Shown here one piece after another: positions 19,901 to 28,774 of a stretch of 64,000 nucleotides of DNA. The notes beneath the pieces are model-generated. The model did not search any database. It was not told the DNA's origin and was given only the letters and a program-made list of their open reading frames with translations. The position numbers were made by a program, and so were the translations under genes. Each line of letters starts with the position of its first letter. Within the stretch, counting starts at the first letter, position 1. Source of the stretch: Candidatus Latescibacterota bacterium. Its GTDB lineage: Bacteria; Latescibacterota; UBA2968; UBA8231. The stretch is from contig CBDCSU010000006.1 of NCBI GenBank assembly GCA_965221775.1, positions 2,208,001-2,272,000 of the forward strand, written 5' to 3'.

Positions 19901-21015
19901 CAGAAGTTGTAGGTGAAGTGGAGGTCCACCCGGTTGGCCGTGCCGTCGTCGAGTCCCTTGTACTCGGTCGTCCAGTAGATGTACTCGATGGCGGCCTGGA
20001 AGCTCTTCCACGGCCGGTAGCGGTTCACCACGTAGAAGGCCTGATTCGCGGTACGACCTCCTTCGGGCACGCCATCTTCTTCAGGCGTGTCCATCATCGC
20101 TCCGGCGTACAGCTTCCAGCCGTCGCCCGGCTTGACCAGGAGATGCACCCAGCCTCCGTAGGAGTCGATCTCCTCGCCGGTCTCCTTGTTGACGCCCTGG
20201 CCGATGCCGCCGCGGATGTCGGAGAGGTTGCTGCCCGTCCAGCCTTCTCCCTCGACTGTCAGCCTGTCGGCGGGGGATACCGAGAAGTCCACTCCCACCA
20301 CCATGGAGGTGAAGCTGGTATTGCCACCCACGGGAGTGGCCGTCTTCTCCGACCCCCGGTGGGCCCAGGCTCCGGCCTTGAACTTCGCCTGCTCCATCCC
20401 GACCCGCGCCTGCACGAAGGGCACCGTCGCCTCCGAGCCGTCGAGGGTCCCGTTCTTGTCCAGGTCCTTCTTGTCCACCGCCCCGGTCTGGCCGAGGGCG
20501 ACCGCGGCGGAGACGCCGGTCCCCGGCTTCCAGGTGAGCCGCGCCTGGGGATGCCGGTCTCCGAGGTTGCCGGTGTTCCACATCATGCCGTCGTTGTTGG
20601 CCGCCGGGAACAGGGGAGAGATGAGGTCCCAGGTCTGGCCGGCCAGGAAGTGCCAGTCCCCACTCTTCAGGTTGAAGTATGCCTTGCGCAGGCGCAGGAC
20701 CTGTCGCGATTCGCTGCCGCCGTTCTGGAAATCGGTCTCGATGACCCCGCTGATCTCGCGGTCCCCCCCCAAGTCGACCGGGGCGAGCTTGGCCCCGAGC
20801 CGGGTCAGCCGGGGGTGGATGGTCAGGTTGCCCTTGTTCTCCGCGCCCGGTGCCTCTGGCAGCACCCAGTTGGGATACTGATGGTGGCTCAGCTTGGAGT
20901 CGTCGAGGACGGCGTCGAAGCGGACGAACCCGTAGGGGGTGAGCTCGCCGGCGGGGGCAGGGCCCATCCAGCCTGGAAGACAGCCCAGCACGGCAACTGC
21001 AAGCACCTTCTTCAC
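19900..21015 (-). CDS. DcaP-like outer-membrane porin
   Basis: GTG start with AAGGAG RBS; YGFVRFD, TRLG, IETDF, LRLRKAY, LAGQTW, C-terminal YNF. Confidence 0.75.
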   Translation of the reverse strand: MKKVLAVAVLGCLPGWMGPAPAGELTPYGFVRFDAVLDDSKLSHHQYPNWVLPEAPGAENKGNLTIHPRLTRLGAKLAPVDLGGDREISGVIETDFQNGGSESRQVLRLRKAYFNLKSGDWHFLAGQTWDLISPLFPAANNDGMMWNTGNLGDRHPQARLTWKPGTGVSAAVALGQTGAVDKKDLDKNGTLDGSEATVPFVQARVGMEQAKFKAGAWAHRGSEKTATPVGGNTSFTSMVVGVDFSVSPADRLTVEGEGWTGSNLSDIRGGIGQGVNKETGEEIDSYGGWVHLLVKPGDGWKLYAGAMMDTPEEDGVPEGGRTANQAFYVVNRYRPWKSFQAAIEYIYWTTEYKGLDDGTANRVDLHFTYNF

Positions 21016-21169
21016 GGATCTCTCCTTGGCAAGGGGTCCTGTCGTCGGGTGGCCGGTAACTCTAGGCAGGCCATGCCGGGCTGTCGAGCGGACCGGGAGC
21101 CGCTGCCGGATTCGGGAAGGGAGGCGCGGGCGGGACGGTGGGAGGCGCCGGGAGAGCATCCTCGGCGGG

Positions 21170-21397
21170 CTAGATCTCGACGGTCTCCTTCTCGCCGTCG
21201 CGGTTGCGGAACCGGTCCACGTAGGTCTGGCCCTTGTCATACGCTTCGGAGACTCCGCGGCGCACCGAGTCGCGGGACTCGCGGCCGCTGCGGGGAGCGA
21301 GCAGGATGCCGGCGGCCAGTCCGAGGGCCAGGCCGCCCATCAGGCCGGCGCCGAAGAGTCCCATGGAGAGCCCTATGGTTTTGGCATGACGATTCAC
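21170..21397 (-). CDS. YtxH-domain small protein
   Basis: AGGAGG RBS + GTG; GLAAGILLAPRSGRESR motif. Confidence 0.8.
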   Translation of the reverse strand: MNRHAKTIGLSMGLFGAGLMGGLALGLAAGILLAPRSGRESRDSVRRGVSEAYDKGQTYVDRFRNRDGEKETVEI

Positions 21398-21492
21398 GCG
21401 ATCCTCCTGTGAGATGGGAAGAGCCTGGTTTCGGGAGATCCGCATACCCATTTGGCTAGGATAACCGCAACTCGCCGATTTCGTCAATCGGA

Positions 21493-22269
21493 TCATTCGC
21501 CGATGACACTGGGCCTGTGCTGGTTGCCGCACAGCAGTTGGGTCGCCAGATCGCCGGGGTCGTCGATCCTGGCGAGCTGGCTGCGCATGTCCTCCTGGGG
21601 GATGAACCACGGCATCAGGTACATGCCGAGCAGGCAGGAACGCGGCCGGTCGCTGCGGTTCGGCCGCGACGTGTGCCACCAGGCGCCGTGGGCCACCACC
21701 ACCGAGCCGCGTCGCCCGGTGAGGATCTCGCCCTCGGGGCGCCACCGGTCGGTGGGGGCGTCGGGCGGGTGTCCCTTCCGGTGCGAGAACGGGATGGTCC
21801 CGGTAGCCCCGTTCTCCTCGGTGAAGTCGTCGAGGAGCCACATGGTCTGACCCGCGAACCGGCCCGCCGGCCAGGGCGGTTTCAGGGACCAGAAGGGATA
21901 GTCGGCGTGCCAGCCGATGGCGTCGTGGCCCGGGTAGATGGTGTTGGCCGTCCACGAGGAGCACATGATGTCGTCGCCGAGGTAGCGCTTCCAGAGCGAC
22001 ACGATCAGCGGATGGCACATCAACTCCAAAAAGACCGGGTCCTTGTGGGCAATGCCGCCGACGCGCTGGTGCCTGCTCTCGCGGGCGCCGTCGTCGATCT
22101 CCGCCTGCAGGAGTCCTTCGAGAATGGTGCGCGCCTGGTCCGCCCGTTCCGGGGAGATCACGCCCTGGAGGACGCAGTAGCCCCGGTCGTCGATCTCGGC
22201 GATCACCGCGTCGAGGTCGATGGAGTTGGTGGCTGCGTTCATGGGCTGGCCGTGCGGCTGCGTTTGCAT
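21493..22269 (-). CDS. Phytanoyl-CoA dioxygenase (PhyH) family Fe(II)/2OG dioxygenase
   Basis: GYCVLQGVI, WHAD, LDDFTEENGAT, PFSH, WWH. Confidence 0.9.
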   Translation of the reverse strand: MQTQPHGQPMNAATNSIDLDAVIAEIDDRGYCVLQGVISPERADQARTILEGLLQAEIDDGARESRHQRVGGIAHKDPVFLELMCHPLIVSLWKRYLGDDIMCSSWTANTIYPGHDAIGWHADYPFWSLKPPWPAGRFAGQTMWLLDDFTEENGATGTIPFSHRKGHPPDAPTDRWRPEGEILTGRRGSVVVAHGAWWHTSRPNRSDRPRSCLLGMYLMPWFIPQEDMRSQLARIDDPGDLATQLLCGNQHRPSVIGE

Positions 22270-22317
22270 TTCCGTTGACTCCGTCAGCGGTTGACGCGTT
22301 CACCCTTGGAGAAGAGC

Positions 22318-23316
22318 ATGACCTTGGCGCACTGGGTACGACCGCTCGTCCTCGCGGCCGTGCTGGCCGCGGCTCCCGCCGCGGTGGAGGCCGGGACCCC
22401 CGGCGACCACGGCGATGAGGGGACGTCGGGTCTGGAGAACACCCTCAAGGAGATGGTGGGCTCCGAAGAGCTGAGCGCCGGCATCATCCTCGGAGCCCTG
22501 GCGCTGGCCCTCCTGGCCGGCGCCGCCCACGGCCTGGAGCCGGGCCACGGCAAGACGATCGTCGCCGCCTACCTCGTGGGCAGCCGCGGCACCGTGAGCC
22601 ATGCCATGTTCCTCGGGGGCGTGGTCACCTTCACCCACACCTTCAGCATCCTTCTCCTGGGCCTGATGGCCCTCTTCGCCACCCAGTGGATCGATTACAA
22701 GGAGATCATGCCGTGGATGGGAACGGCCTCCGGGCTGCTCATCGTGGCCCTGGGCGGGTGGCTGCTGGTCAACCAGCTCAGGGGCCCAGGTCATGGTCAC
22801 CACCATCACCACCACGGGGACCACGACCATGGGGGAGGCCACGACCATGGGGGAGGCCACGACCATGGGGGAGGCCACGACCATGGAGACCATCACCACG
22901 AGGACCATGACCATGGGGATCACGAGCACGGCCACGGAGAGGGTCATCACCACGGCCATGGCCACAGCCACGAGATTCCCGCCAAGGTGACCCTCGGGAG
23001 CCTGCTGACCCTGGGCATCTCCGGAGGGATCGTGCCCTGTCCGGGGGCCCTGGTGATCCTGCTGCTGGCCGTGGGCCTGGACCGGATCGCCTTCGGCCTG
23101 GTGCTCCTGGTGGTATTCAGTTTCGGCCTGGCGGCGGTGCTCATCGCCGTGGGCGTGCTCTTCGTCAAGGCGCGGCCGCTGGTGGAACGCTTCTCCGGCG
23201 ACGGCAAGTGGATCCGGCGTCTTCCCATGGCGAGCTCGGCCTTCATCATCTGCGTGGGCTTCGCCATCACCTTGAAGACGCTCACGGACATGGGCGTGCT
23301 GGACATCCACCTGTAA
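22318..23316 (+). CDS. Nickel/cobalt transporter RcnA/NicO-like with His-rich loop
   Basis: GAAHGLEPGHGKT, TFTHT, His-rich insert, GGIVPCPGAL. Confidence 0.88.
   Translation: MTLAHWVRPLVLAAVLAAAPAAVEAGTPGDHGDEGTSGLENTLKEMVGSEELSAGIILGALALALLAGAAHGLEPGHGKTIVAAYLVGSRGTVSHAMFLGGVVTFTHTFSILLLGLMALFATQWIDYKEIMPWMGTASGLLIVALGGWLLVNQLRGPGHGHHHHHHGDHDHGGGHDHGGGHDHGGGHDHGDHHHEDHDHGDHEHGHGEGHHHGHGHSHEIPAKVTLGSLLTLGISGGIVPCPGALVILLLAVGLDRIAFGLVLLVVFSFGLAAVLIAVGVLFVKARPLVERFSGDGKWIRRLPMASSAFIICVGFAITLKTLTDMGVLDIHL
22822..22886 (+). repeat. 18-bp in-frame tandem repeat (HDHGGG) x3.6
   Basis: cacgaccatgggggaggc at 22822, 22840 and 22858, plus a partial copy at 22876. Confidence 0.95.
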
Positions 23317-23334
23317 GTCGGCCAGGGACCGCCA

Positions 23335-24753
23335 TCACTTCGGCTTCCGGGCCACGGCGACGAGGGCCAGCCCGGGGAGCGGCACGACGCGGTCGAGGAT
23401 CCGCCAGAGCCACACGAGGGAGTCGAAGGTCTTGAGCTGGATCAGGCCGAGCCTCCTCCTCCTCAGGATCCTGCCGCTCACGAGCCACGGCAGGCAGCTG
23501 ATCCGGTTGAAGTCGAAGAGCTTCTCGACCTCGAGTCCCGCCGCTTCGCAGCTCTCGCGCAGGAGCTTCTTCGAATAGCGCCGCCGGTGTCCCAGGGCCC
23601 GGTCGAGGGCCCCCATGAGCAGGCGGCCCTGGGGCACCAGCACGATGGCGGTCCCTCCCGGCTCGAGGGCGCGGCGGATGTTGGCCAGCCCCCGTTGCGG
23701 CTCCGCCACGTGCTCCAGGACGTTCAGGCAGACCACCGTGTCGAAGCTCTCTTCCAGCGTGTCGAAGTCCCCCTCCTCCTGCACGTCCAGGCGCCGCACC
23801 TCGACGTGGGGATAGCCCCGGAACCGGTTCTCCAGGTACTCCAGGTGCAGCTCGTCCGAGTCGGTCACGGCGTAGCGGTCCGTGGGGATCAGCTGCAGGG
23901 TGATGGTGCCCAGTCCCGCCCCGATCTCGAGGACGCGGTCACCCACGTGGGCGCGGACGGCGTCGGCGATCCAGCGGTTGAACCGGTGCGTCCGGGAGAG
24001 CGAGTGGAGAAGGGTGTGGCCGTAGCGCTCCTCGTAGAGGTCGTCGACGATGCGGTACCAGACCATGGTGGCGAAGGCCTTCACGCCGTCCCACCAGGTG
24101 ATCTTCTTGCCTTCCTGGTAGCTCCGGCCCCGGTAGGAGATGGGGACCTCGTAGATCCGGCAGCCCCGCCTGGCGAGCTTGGCCGTGAGCTCGGGCTCGA
24201 TGCCGAACCGGTTGCTGCGGATGGGGAGGGACTTGAGGAGGCTGGTCTTGACGACCTTGTAGCACGTCTCCATGTCCGTCAGATTGAGATTCGTGAAGGC
24301 ATTCGACACGAGGGTGAGGAACTGGTTGCCCACGGAGTGCCAGAAGAACAGGACCCTGCGGTACTCGCTGCCTGCGAACCGCGAGCCGTAGACGACGTCG
24401 GCGTCGCCGGCCAGGAGCGGCCGCAGGAGCCGGGGGTAGTCGGCGGGGTCGTACTCCAGGTCGGCGTCCTGGATGATGCACAGGTCTCCCGTGGCCAGCC
24501 CGATGGCGGTGCGGATCGCCGCCCCCTTGCCCTGGTTGATCTCGTGGAAGTGAAGGCGGACGTGCTCCGGATGAGCCTGGGCGAGTTCCTGAAGGATGTC
24601 CCGGGTGCCGTCGGTGGAGCCGTCGTCGACGATGACGAGCTCCCTCTCCAGGCCTCCCGGAAGCGCCTGGGCCAGCACCAGGGAGACGATCTCGCGGATG
24701 GTGAAGCGCTCGTTGTACGCGGGGATGAGGATGCTCAGCTTCTGGAAAGTCAT
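23335..24753 (-). CDS. Bifunctional GT2 glycosyltransferase / class I SAM methyltransferase
   Basis: IPAYNE, IVDDGSTDGT, NQGKG, IQDADLEYDP, TDMETCYK; C-terminal VLEIGAGLG, NVLEHV. Confidence 0.9.
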   Translation of the reverse strand: MTFQKLSILIPAYNERFTIREIVSLVLAQALPGGLERELVIVDDGSTDGTRDILQELAQAHPEHVRLHFHEINQGKGAAIRTAIGLATGDLCIIQDADLEYDPADYPRLLRPLLAGDADVVYGSRFAGSEYRRVLFFWHSVGNQFLTLVSNAFTNLNLTDMETCYKVVKTSLLKSLPIRSNRFGIEPELTAKLARRGCRIYEVPISYRGRSYQEGKKITWWDGVKAFATMVWYRIVDDLYEERYGHTLLHSLSRTHRFNRWIADAVRAHVGDRVLEIGAGLGTITLQLIPTDRYAVTDSDELHLEYLENRFRGYPHVEVRRLDVQEEGDFDTLEESFDTVVCLNVLEHVAEPQRGLANIRRALEPGGTAIVLVPQGRLLMGALDRALGHRRRYSKKLLRESCEAAGLEVEKLFDFNRISCLPWLVSGRILRRRRLGLIQLKTFDSLVWLWRILDRVVPLPGLALVAVARKPK

Positions 24754-24962
24754 CGGCGAAGTCAGGGGTGCAGAGGGGGCCGCGGCGGGCCATCGGGCCG
24801 GATCTGTGACCGGCGGCCCCTATAGTAAGGGCGGGCCCGAAACCGGTCGATACGGACTCGCCCGAGGCCGGAGGACCCGGGCGGACCCCGCAACGGGGGC
24901 GGTGTGGTGCGCGCCGGGCGCACCCCTATTTTCCCGGGCACACCGACTCATGGGAGAACGAC

Positions 24963-27068
24963 TTGAACAGCGCGCCTGAGCCGGCGGGCGGGACCATCCT
25001 CTCCGTCGACATCGGCGGGACCTTCACCGACCTCGTCATGTGCCACGGCCCCACGGGCCGCATGGCGGTGGCCAAGGTGCTGACCACCGACCCGGACCCG
25101 TCCGAGGGGGTGCTGGGCGGCGTCCGCCAGCTGCTGGCCGGCGGCGGGCCGACGGCGGAGGTGAGCCGGCTGATCCACGGCACGACGCTGATCACCAACG
25201 CCCTCATCGAGCGCAAGGGGGCCCTCACCGGGCTGATCACCACCGAGGGGTTCCGCGATGTCCTCGAGATCGGCCGCGAGGGCCGCTACGACATCTACGA
25301 CCTGTTCCTGGAGCTGCCCGAGCCCCTGGCCGAGCGCCGGCTGCGGCTGGAGGTGGCCGGGCGCCTGAAGTCCAGCGGCGAGGTGATGGCGCCCCTCGAC
25401 GAGGAGGGCCTGCGCCGCGCCTGCGCCGTCCTCCGGGAGGCCGGTGTCGAGGCGGTGGCCGTGGCCTTCCTGCACTGCTACGCGAACCCCGGACACGAGC
25501 GCCGGGCCGCGGCGGTCGTGCGCGAGGAGCTGCCCGGGGCGGCCCTATCCCTGTCCCACGAGGTGGCCCCGGAGGTGCGCGAGTACGAGCGCACCTCGAC
25601 GGCGGTGGCCAACGCCTACGTGCAGCCCATGGCCTCGGGCTACCTGGCCAACCTGGAGCGGGGCCTGCGGGACGAGTGCGGGATCGAGGCGCCGCTGCAC
25701 ATCATGCTCTCCAACGGCGGCACCTGCGCCGCCGACACGGCGGCGAGGTTTCCCGTGCGCCTCGTGGAGTCCGGCCCCAGCGGCGGCGTCCTGGCGGCGA
25801 TCGACGCCGGCCGCCGGTCGGGTTTCGAGCGGGTGCTGGCCTTCGACATGGGCGGCACCACGGCCAAGGCCTGTCTGAGCCAGGACGGCGAGCTGCCGGT
25901 GACCACCGAGTCGGAGGTGGCCCGCGTCTACCGCTTCAAGAAGGGCAGCGGCCTGCCGCTGCTGGTGCCCGTCCTCGACATGATCGAGATCGGCGCCGGC
26001 GGCGGCAGCCTGGCTCGGATCAACGAGCTGGGCCTGCCCCAGGTGGGGCCCGAGAGCGCCGGCTCCGAGCCCGGTCCGGCCTGCTACGGCCGCGGGGGCC
26101 GCGAGCCCACGGTGACCGACGCCGATCTCGTCCTCGGCCTGCTGAACCCGGGGTTCTTCCTGGGGGGGCGCATGGAGCTGGACGCCGGCGCCGCCGAGAC
26201 GGCGGTCCTGTCCCTGGCGCAGCGCCTGGAGCAGGAGGGCGTGGCCGCGGCCCGGGGCATCCACCAGCTGGTCAACGAGAACATGGCCAACGCCGCGCGC
26301 GTCCACGCCGCCGAGCGCGGCATCGACCTGCGCGGCTTCGCCATGGTGGCCACGGGCGGCGCCGGCCCGGTGCACGCCTGCGGGGTGGCGGAGCGCCTCG
26401 CCATCGACACCGTGGTCGTGCCCGGCGCCGCGGGGGTGGGGTCCGCCGTGGGCCTGATGCTGGCCCCCATCAGCTTCGACTTCGCCCGCAGCTACGTGAC
26501 CCGCCTCGGCGAGGTCGACCTCGGCCGGCTGCGCGGGCTCTTCGAGGAGATGGAAGCCGAGGGCCGCCGCATCGTGGCCGAGGCGGGCGTGCCACCGGCC
26601 CGGATGCAGGTGGAACGGACGGCGGACCTGCGCTACGTCGGCCAGGGCCACGAGATCCGCGTGCCCGTCTCCGGCGGCGGCCTCGACCCGCCGGCCCTGC
26701 AGCGGCTGCAGGCCGACTTCGACCGCGAGTACACCCGGCTCTACGGGCGCACCTGCGAGGGCGTCGACGTGCAGTGCATGCACTGGCGCACCACGGTCTC
26801 GGGTCCGCGCCCGGCCCTGGGACGGCTGCACCAGGACCGGCCGGGCGCCACCCCGTCGGCGGAGAAGCCGTCGCGGCAGGTGTGGTTCGAGAGGCCGGGA
26901 AAGGAGGGGGAGACCCCCGTCTACGACCGCTATGCCCTTGCAGAGGGCTTTGGCGCCGCGGGTCCGGCGATCGTGGAGGAGGCGGAGTCGACCACGGTGG
27001 TCCCTCCCGGATGGGGCCTGGAGGTCGATGCGGCAGGCAACCTCATCGTCAGGAGAGTGAGGGGATGA
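24963..27068 (+). CDS. Hydantoinase/oxoprolinase subunit A
   Basis: VDIGGTFTD, HGTTLITN, REYERTST, ESGP, DMGGTT, IGAGGGS, PGPACY. Confidence 0.93.
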   Translation: MNSAPEPAGGTILSVDIGGTFTDLVMCHGPTGRMAVAKVLTTDPDPSEGVLGGVRQLLAGGGPTAEVSRLIHGTTLITNALIERKGALTGLITTEGFRDVLEIGREGRYDIYDLFLELPEPLAERRLRLEVAGRLKSSGEVMAPLDEEGLRRACAVLREAGVEAVAVAFLHCYANPGHERRAAAVVREELPGAALSLSHEVAPEVREYERTSTAVANAYVQPMASGYLANLERGLRDECGIEAPLHIMLSNGGTCAADTAARFPVRLVESGPSGGVLAAIDAGRRSGFERVLAFDMGGTTAKACLSQDGELPVTTESEVARVYRFKKGSGLPLLVPVLDMIEIGAGGGSLARINELGLPQVGPESAGSEPGPACYGRGGREPTVTDADLVLGLLNPGFFLGGRMELDAGAAETAVLSLAQRLEQEGVAAARGIHQLVNENMANAARVHAAERGIDLRGFAMVATGGAGPVHACGVAERLAIDTVVVPGAAGVGSAVGLMLAPISFDFARSYVTRLGEVDLGRLRGLFEEMEAEGRRIVAEAGVPPARMQVERTADLRYVGQGHEIRVPVSGGGLDPPALQRLQADFDREYTRLYGRTCEGVDVQCMHWRTTVSGPRPALGRLHQDRPGATPSAEKPSRQVWFERPGKEGETPVYDRYALAEGFGAAGPAIVEEAESTTVVPPGWGLEVDAAGNLIVRRVRG

Positions 27069-28765
27069 GCGATTCCCGGACCGCCATGGATCCCGTGCTG
27101 CTAGAGGTCCTGTGGAACCGGCTGATCTCGATCGTCAACGAGCAGGCGGCGGCGCTGATGCACGCCTCCTTCACCACCGTGGTCCGCGAGGCGGGGGACC
27201 TGTCGGCGGGGATCTTCGACCGCGGGGGCAACATGCTCGCCCAGGCCGTGACCGGCACGCCGGGCCACATCAACACCATGGCCACCGGCGTCCGGCACTT
27301 CGTGCGCGCCCATCCGATCGATTCCCTGGAGCCCGGGGACAGCCTGCTGACAAACGACCCGTGGATGGTCTCCGGCCACCTCCACGACATCACCGTGGTC
27401 ACCCCCGTCTTCCACGGCGGACGCGGCATCGGCTGGTTCGCCAACACCTGCCACGCCATGGACATCGGCGGCCGCACCCTCGGCGCCGACGCCCGCGAGG
27501 TCTTCGAGGAGGGTCTGGCCATCCCGATCATGAAGCTCTTCGACCGGGGGCGGATCAACGACGACCTGGTGCGCATCGTGCGGGCCAACGTGCGCGAGCC
27601 GGACGCGGTGGTGGGCGACCTCTACGCCCAGCAGGCCGGCAACGACGTGGGCGCCGCCAAGCTGGCGGACATGATGGAGGAGTACGGCCTCGCCGACGTG
27701 GAGGACCTGGGGGAGCAGATCCGGGGCCGCTCGGAGCAGGCCACGGGGGATGCCATCGAGGCGGTCGGCGACGGCACCTGGGAGGACGAGGTGGAGATCG
27801 ACGGCTTCGACGAACCCCTGGTGATCCGCATCGCCCTGACCGTGGAGGGCCGGCGGCTGCTCGTCGACTACGCCGGCACCTCGCCCCAGGTCGACCGCGG
27901 CATCAACGTCGTCTACAACTACACCCACGCCTACACCACCTATCCCCTGGCCTGCGCCATCAGCCCCCACGTGCCCAACAACGAGGGCAGCTTCCGGCCG
28001 GTGACGGTGACCGCCCCCGAGGGCTCGATCCTCAACGCCCGCCGCCCCTGCGCCGTCGGCGCCCGCCACCTGATCGGCCACTTCCTCTCCCAGGCGGTCT
28101 TCGGCGCCCTCTCCCGGGTGGTGCCCGGCCGCGTCCTCGCCGACGGCTCCGCCGGCCTGTGGAACACGCAGCTGGAGGGCCGCGGCCCCGACGGCCGTCT
28201 CTTCGCCTACATCTTCTTCTCCGCCGGCGGCATGGGCGCCCGCCCCACCGCCGACGGGCTGTCGGCCACGGCCTTCCCGAGCGGCATCCGCGGCGTCCCG
28301 GCGGAGGCGATCGAGTCGGTCTCGCCGACGCTGATGCTCAAGCGGGCCCTGCGCCCCGACTCGGGCGGCGCCGGACGCTTCCGTGGCGGCCTCGGGCAGG
28401 AGATGGTCCTCGCCGTGGACAGCGACCACCCCGCCCTGCACTCGCCGATGTACGACCGCACCCGCTGCGCCGCCCGCGGTTTCGCCGGCGGCCGGGACGG
28501 CGCCGTGGGTCAGATGGTGCTCTCCGACGGCACGGCCCTGCACCCGAAGCGGAAGTACCTGCTCCAGCCCGGCCAGCAGGTGACCCTGCGGCTGCCGGGC
28601 GGCGGCGGCTACGGCCCGCCCCTCGAGCGGGACCCCCAGGCCGTCCTGGAGGACGTGCGCCAGGGCCGGGTCTCGGCGGAAGCGGCCCGGCGGGAGTACG
28701 GCGTCGCCGTGGACGTGGAGGGGTGGACCGTGGACGAGGAGGAGACCCGCCGGCTGCGCGGGTAA
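27065..28765 (+). CDS. Hydantoinase B/oxoprolinase subunit B
   Basis: Start ATG 27065 (ATGA overlap); LEVLWNRL, NDPW, GHLHD, HAMDIGG, DSGGAGRFRGG, GGGGYG. Confidence 0.93.
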   Translation: MSDSRTAMDPVLLEVLWNRLISIVNEQAAALMHASFTTVVREAGDLSAGIFDRGGNMLAQAVTGTPGHINTMATGVRHFVRAHPIDSLEPGDSLLTNDPWMVSGHLHDITVVTPVFHGGRGIGWFANTCHAMDIGGRTLGADAREVFEEGLAIPIMKLFDRGRINDDLVRIVRANVREPDAVVGDLYAQQAGNDVGAAKLADMMEEYGLADVEDLGEQIRGRSEQATGDAIEAVGDGTWEDEVEIDGFDEPLVIRIALTVEGRRLLVDYAGTSPQVDRGINVVYNYTHAYTTYPLACAISPHVPNNEGSFRPVTVTAPEGSILNARRPCAVGARHLIGHFLSQAVFGALSRVVPGRVLADGSAGLWNTQLEGRGPDGRLFAYIFFSAGGMGARPTADGLSATAFPSGIRGVPAEAIESVSPTLMLKRALRPDSGGAGRFRGGLGQEMVLAVDSDHPALHSPMYDRTRCAARGFAGGRDGAVGQMVLSDGTALHPKRKYLLQPGQQVTLRLPGGGGYGPPLERDPQAVLEDVRQGRVSAEAARREYGVAVDVEGWTVDEEETRRLRG

Positions 28766-28774
28766 GGCCGCGGC

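Noticed and set aside
22822-22886. Short direct repeats as possible CRISPR
   Set aside because: No spacers; in-frame coding repeat; no cas genes
25040-27064. Apparent long N-terminal extension of hydantoinase B (1241-aa ORF)
   Set aside because: Alternate frame over hydantoinase A; true start is ATG 27065
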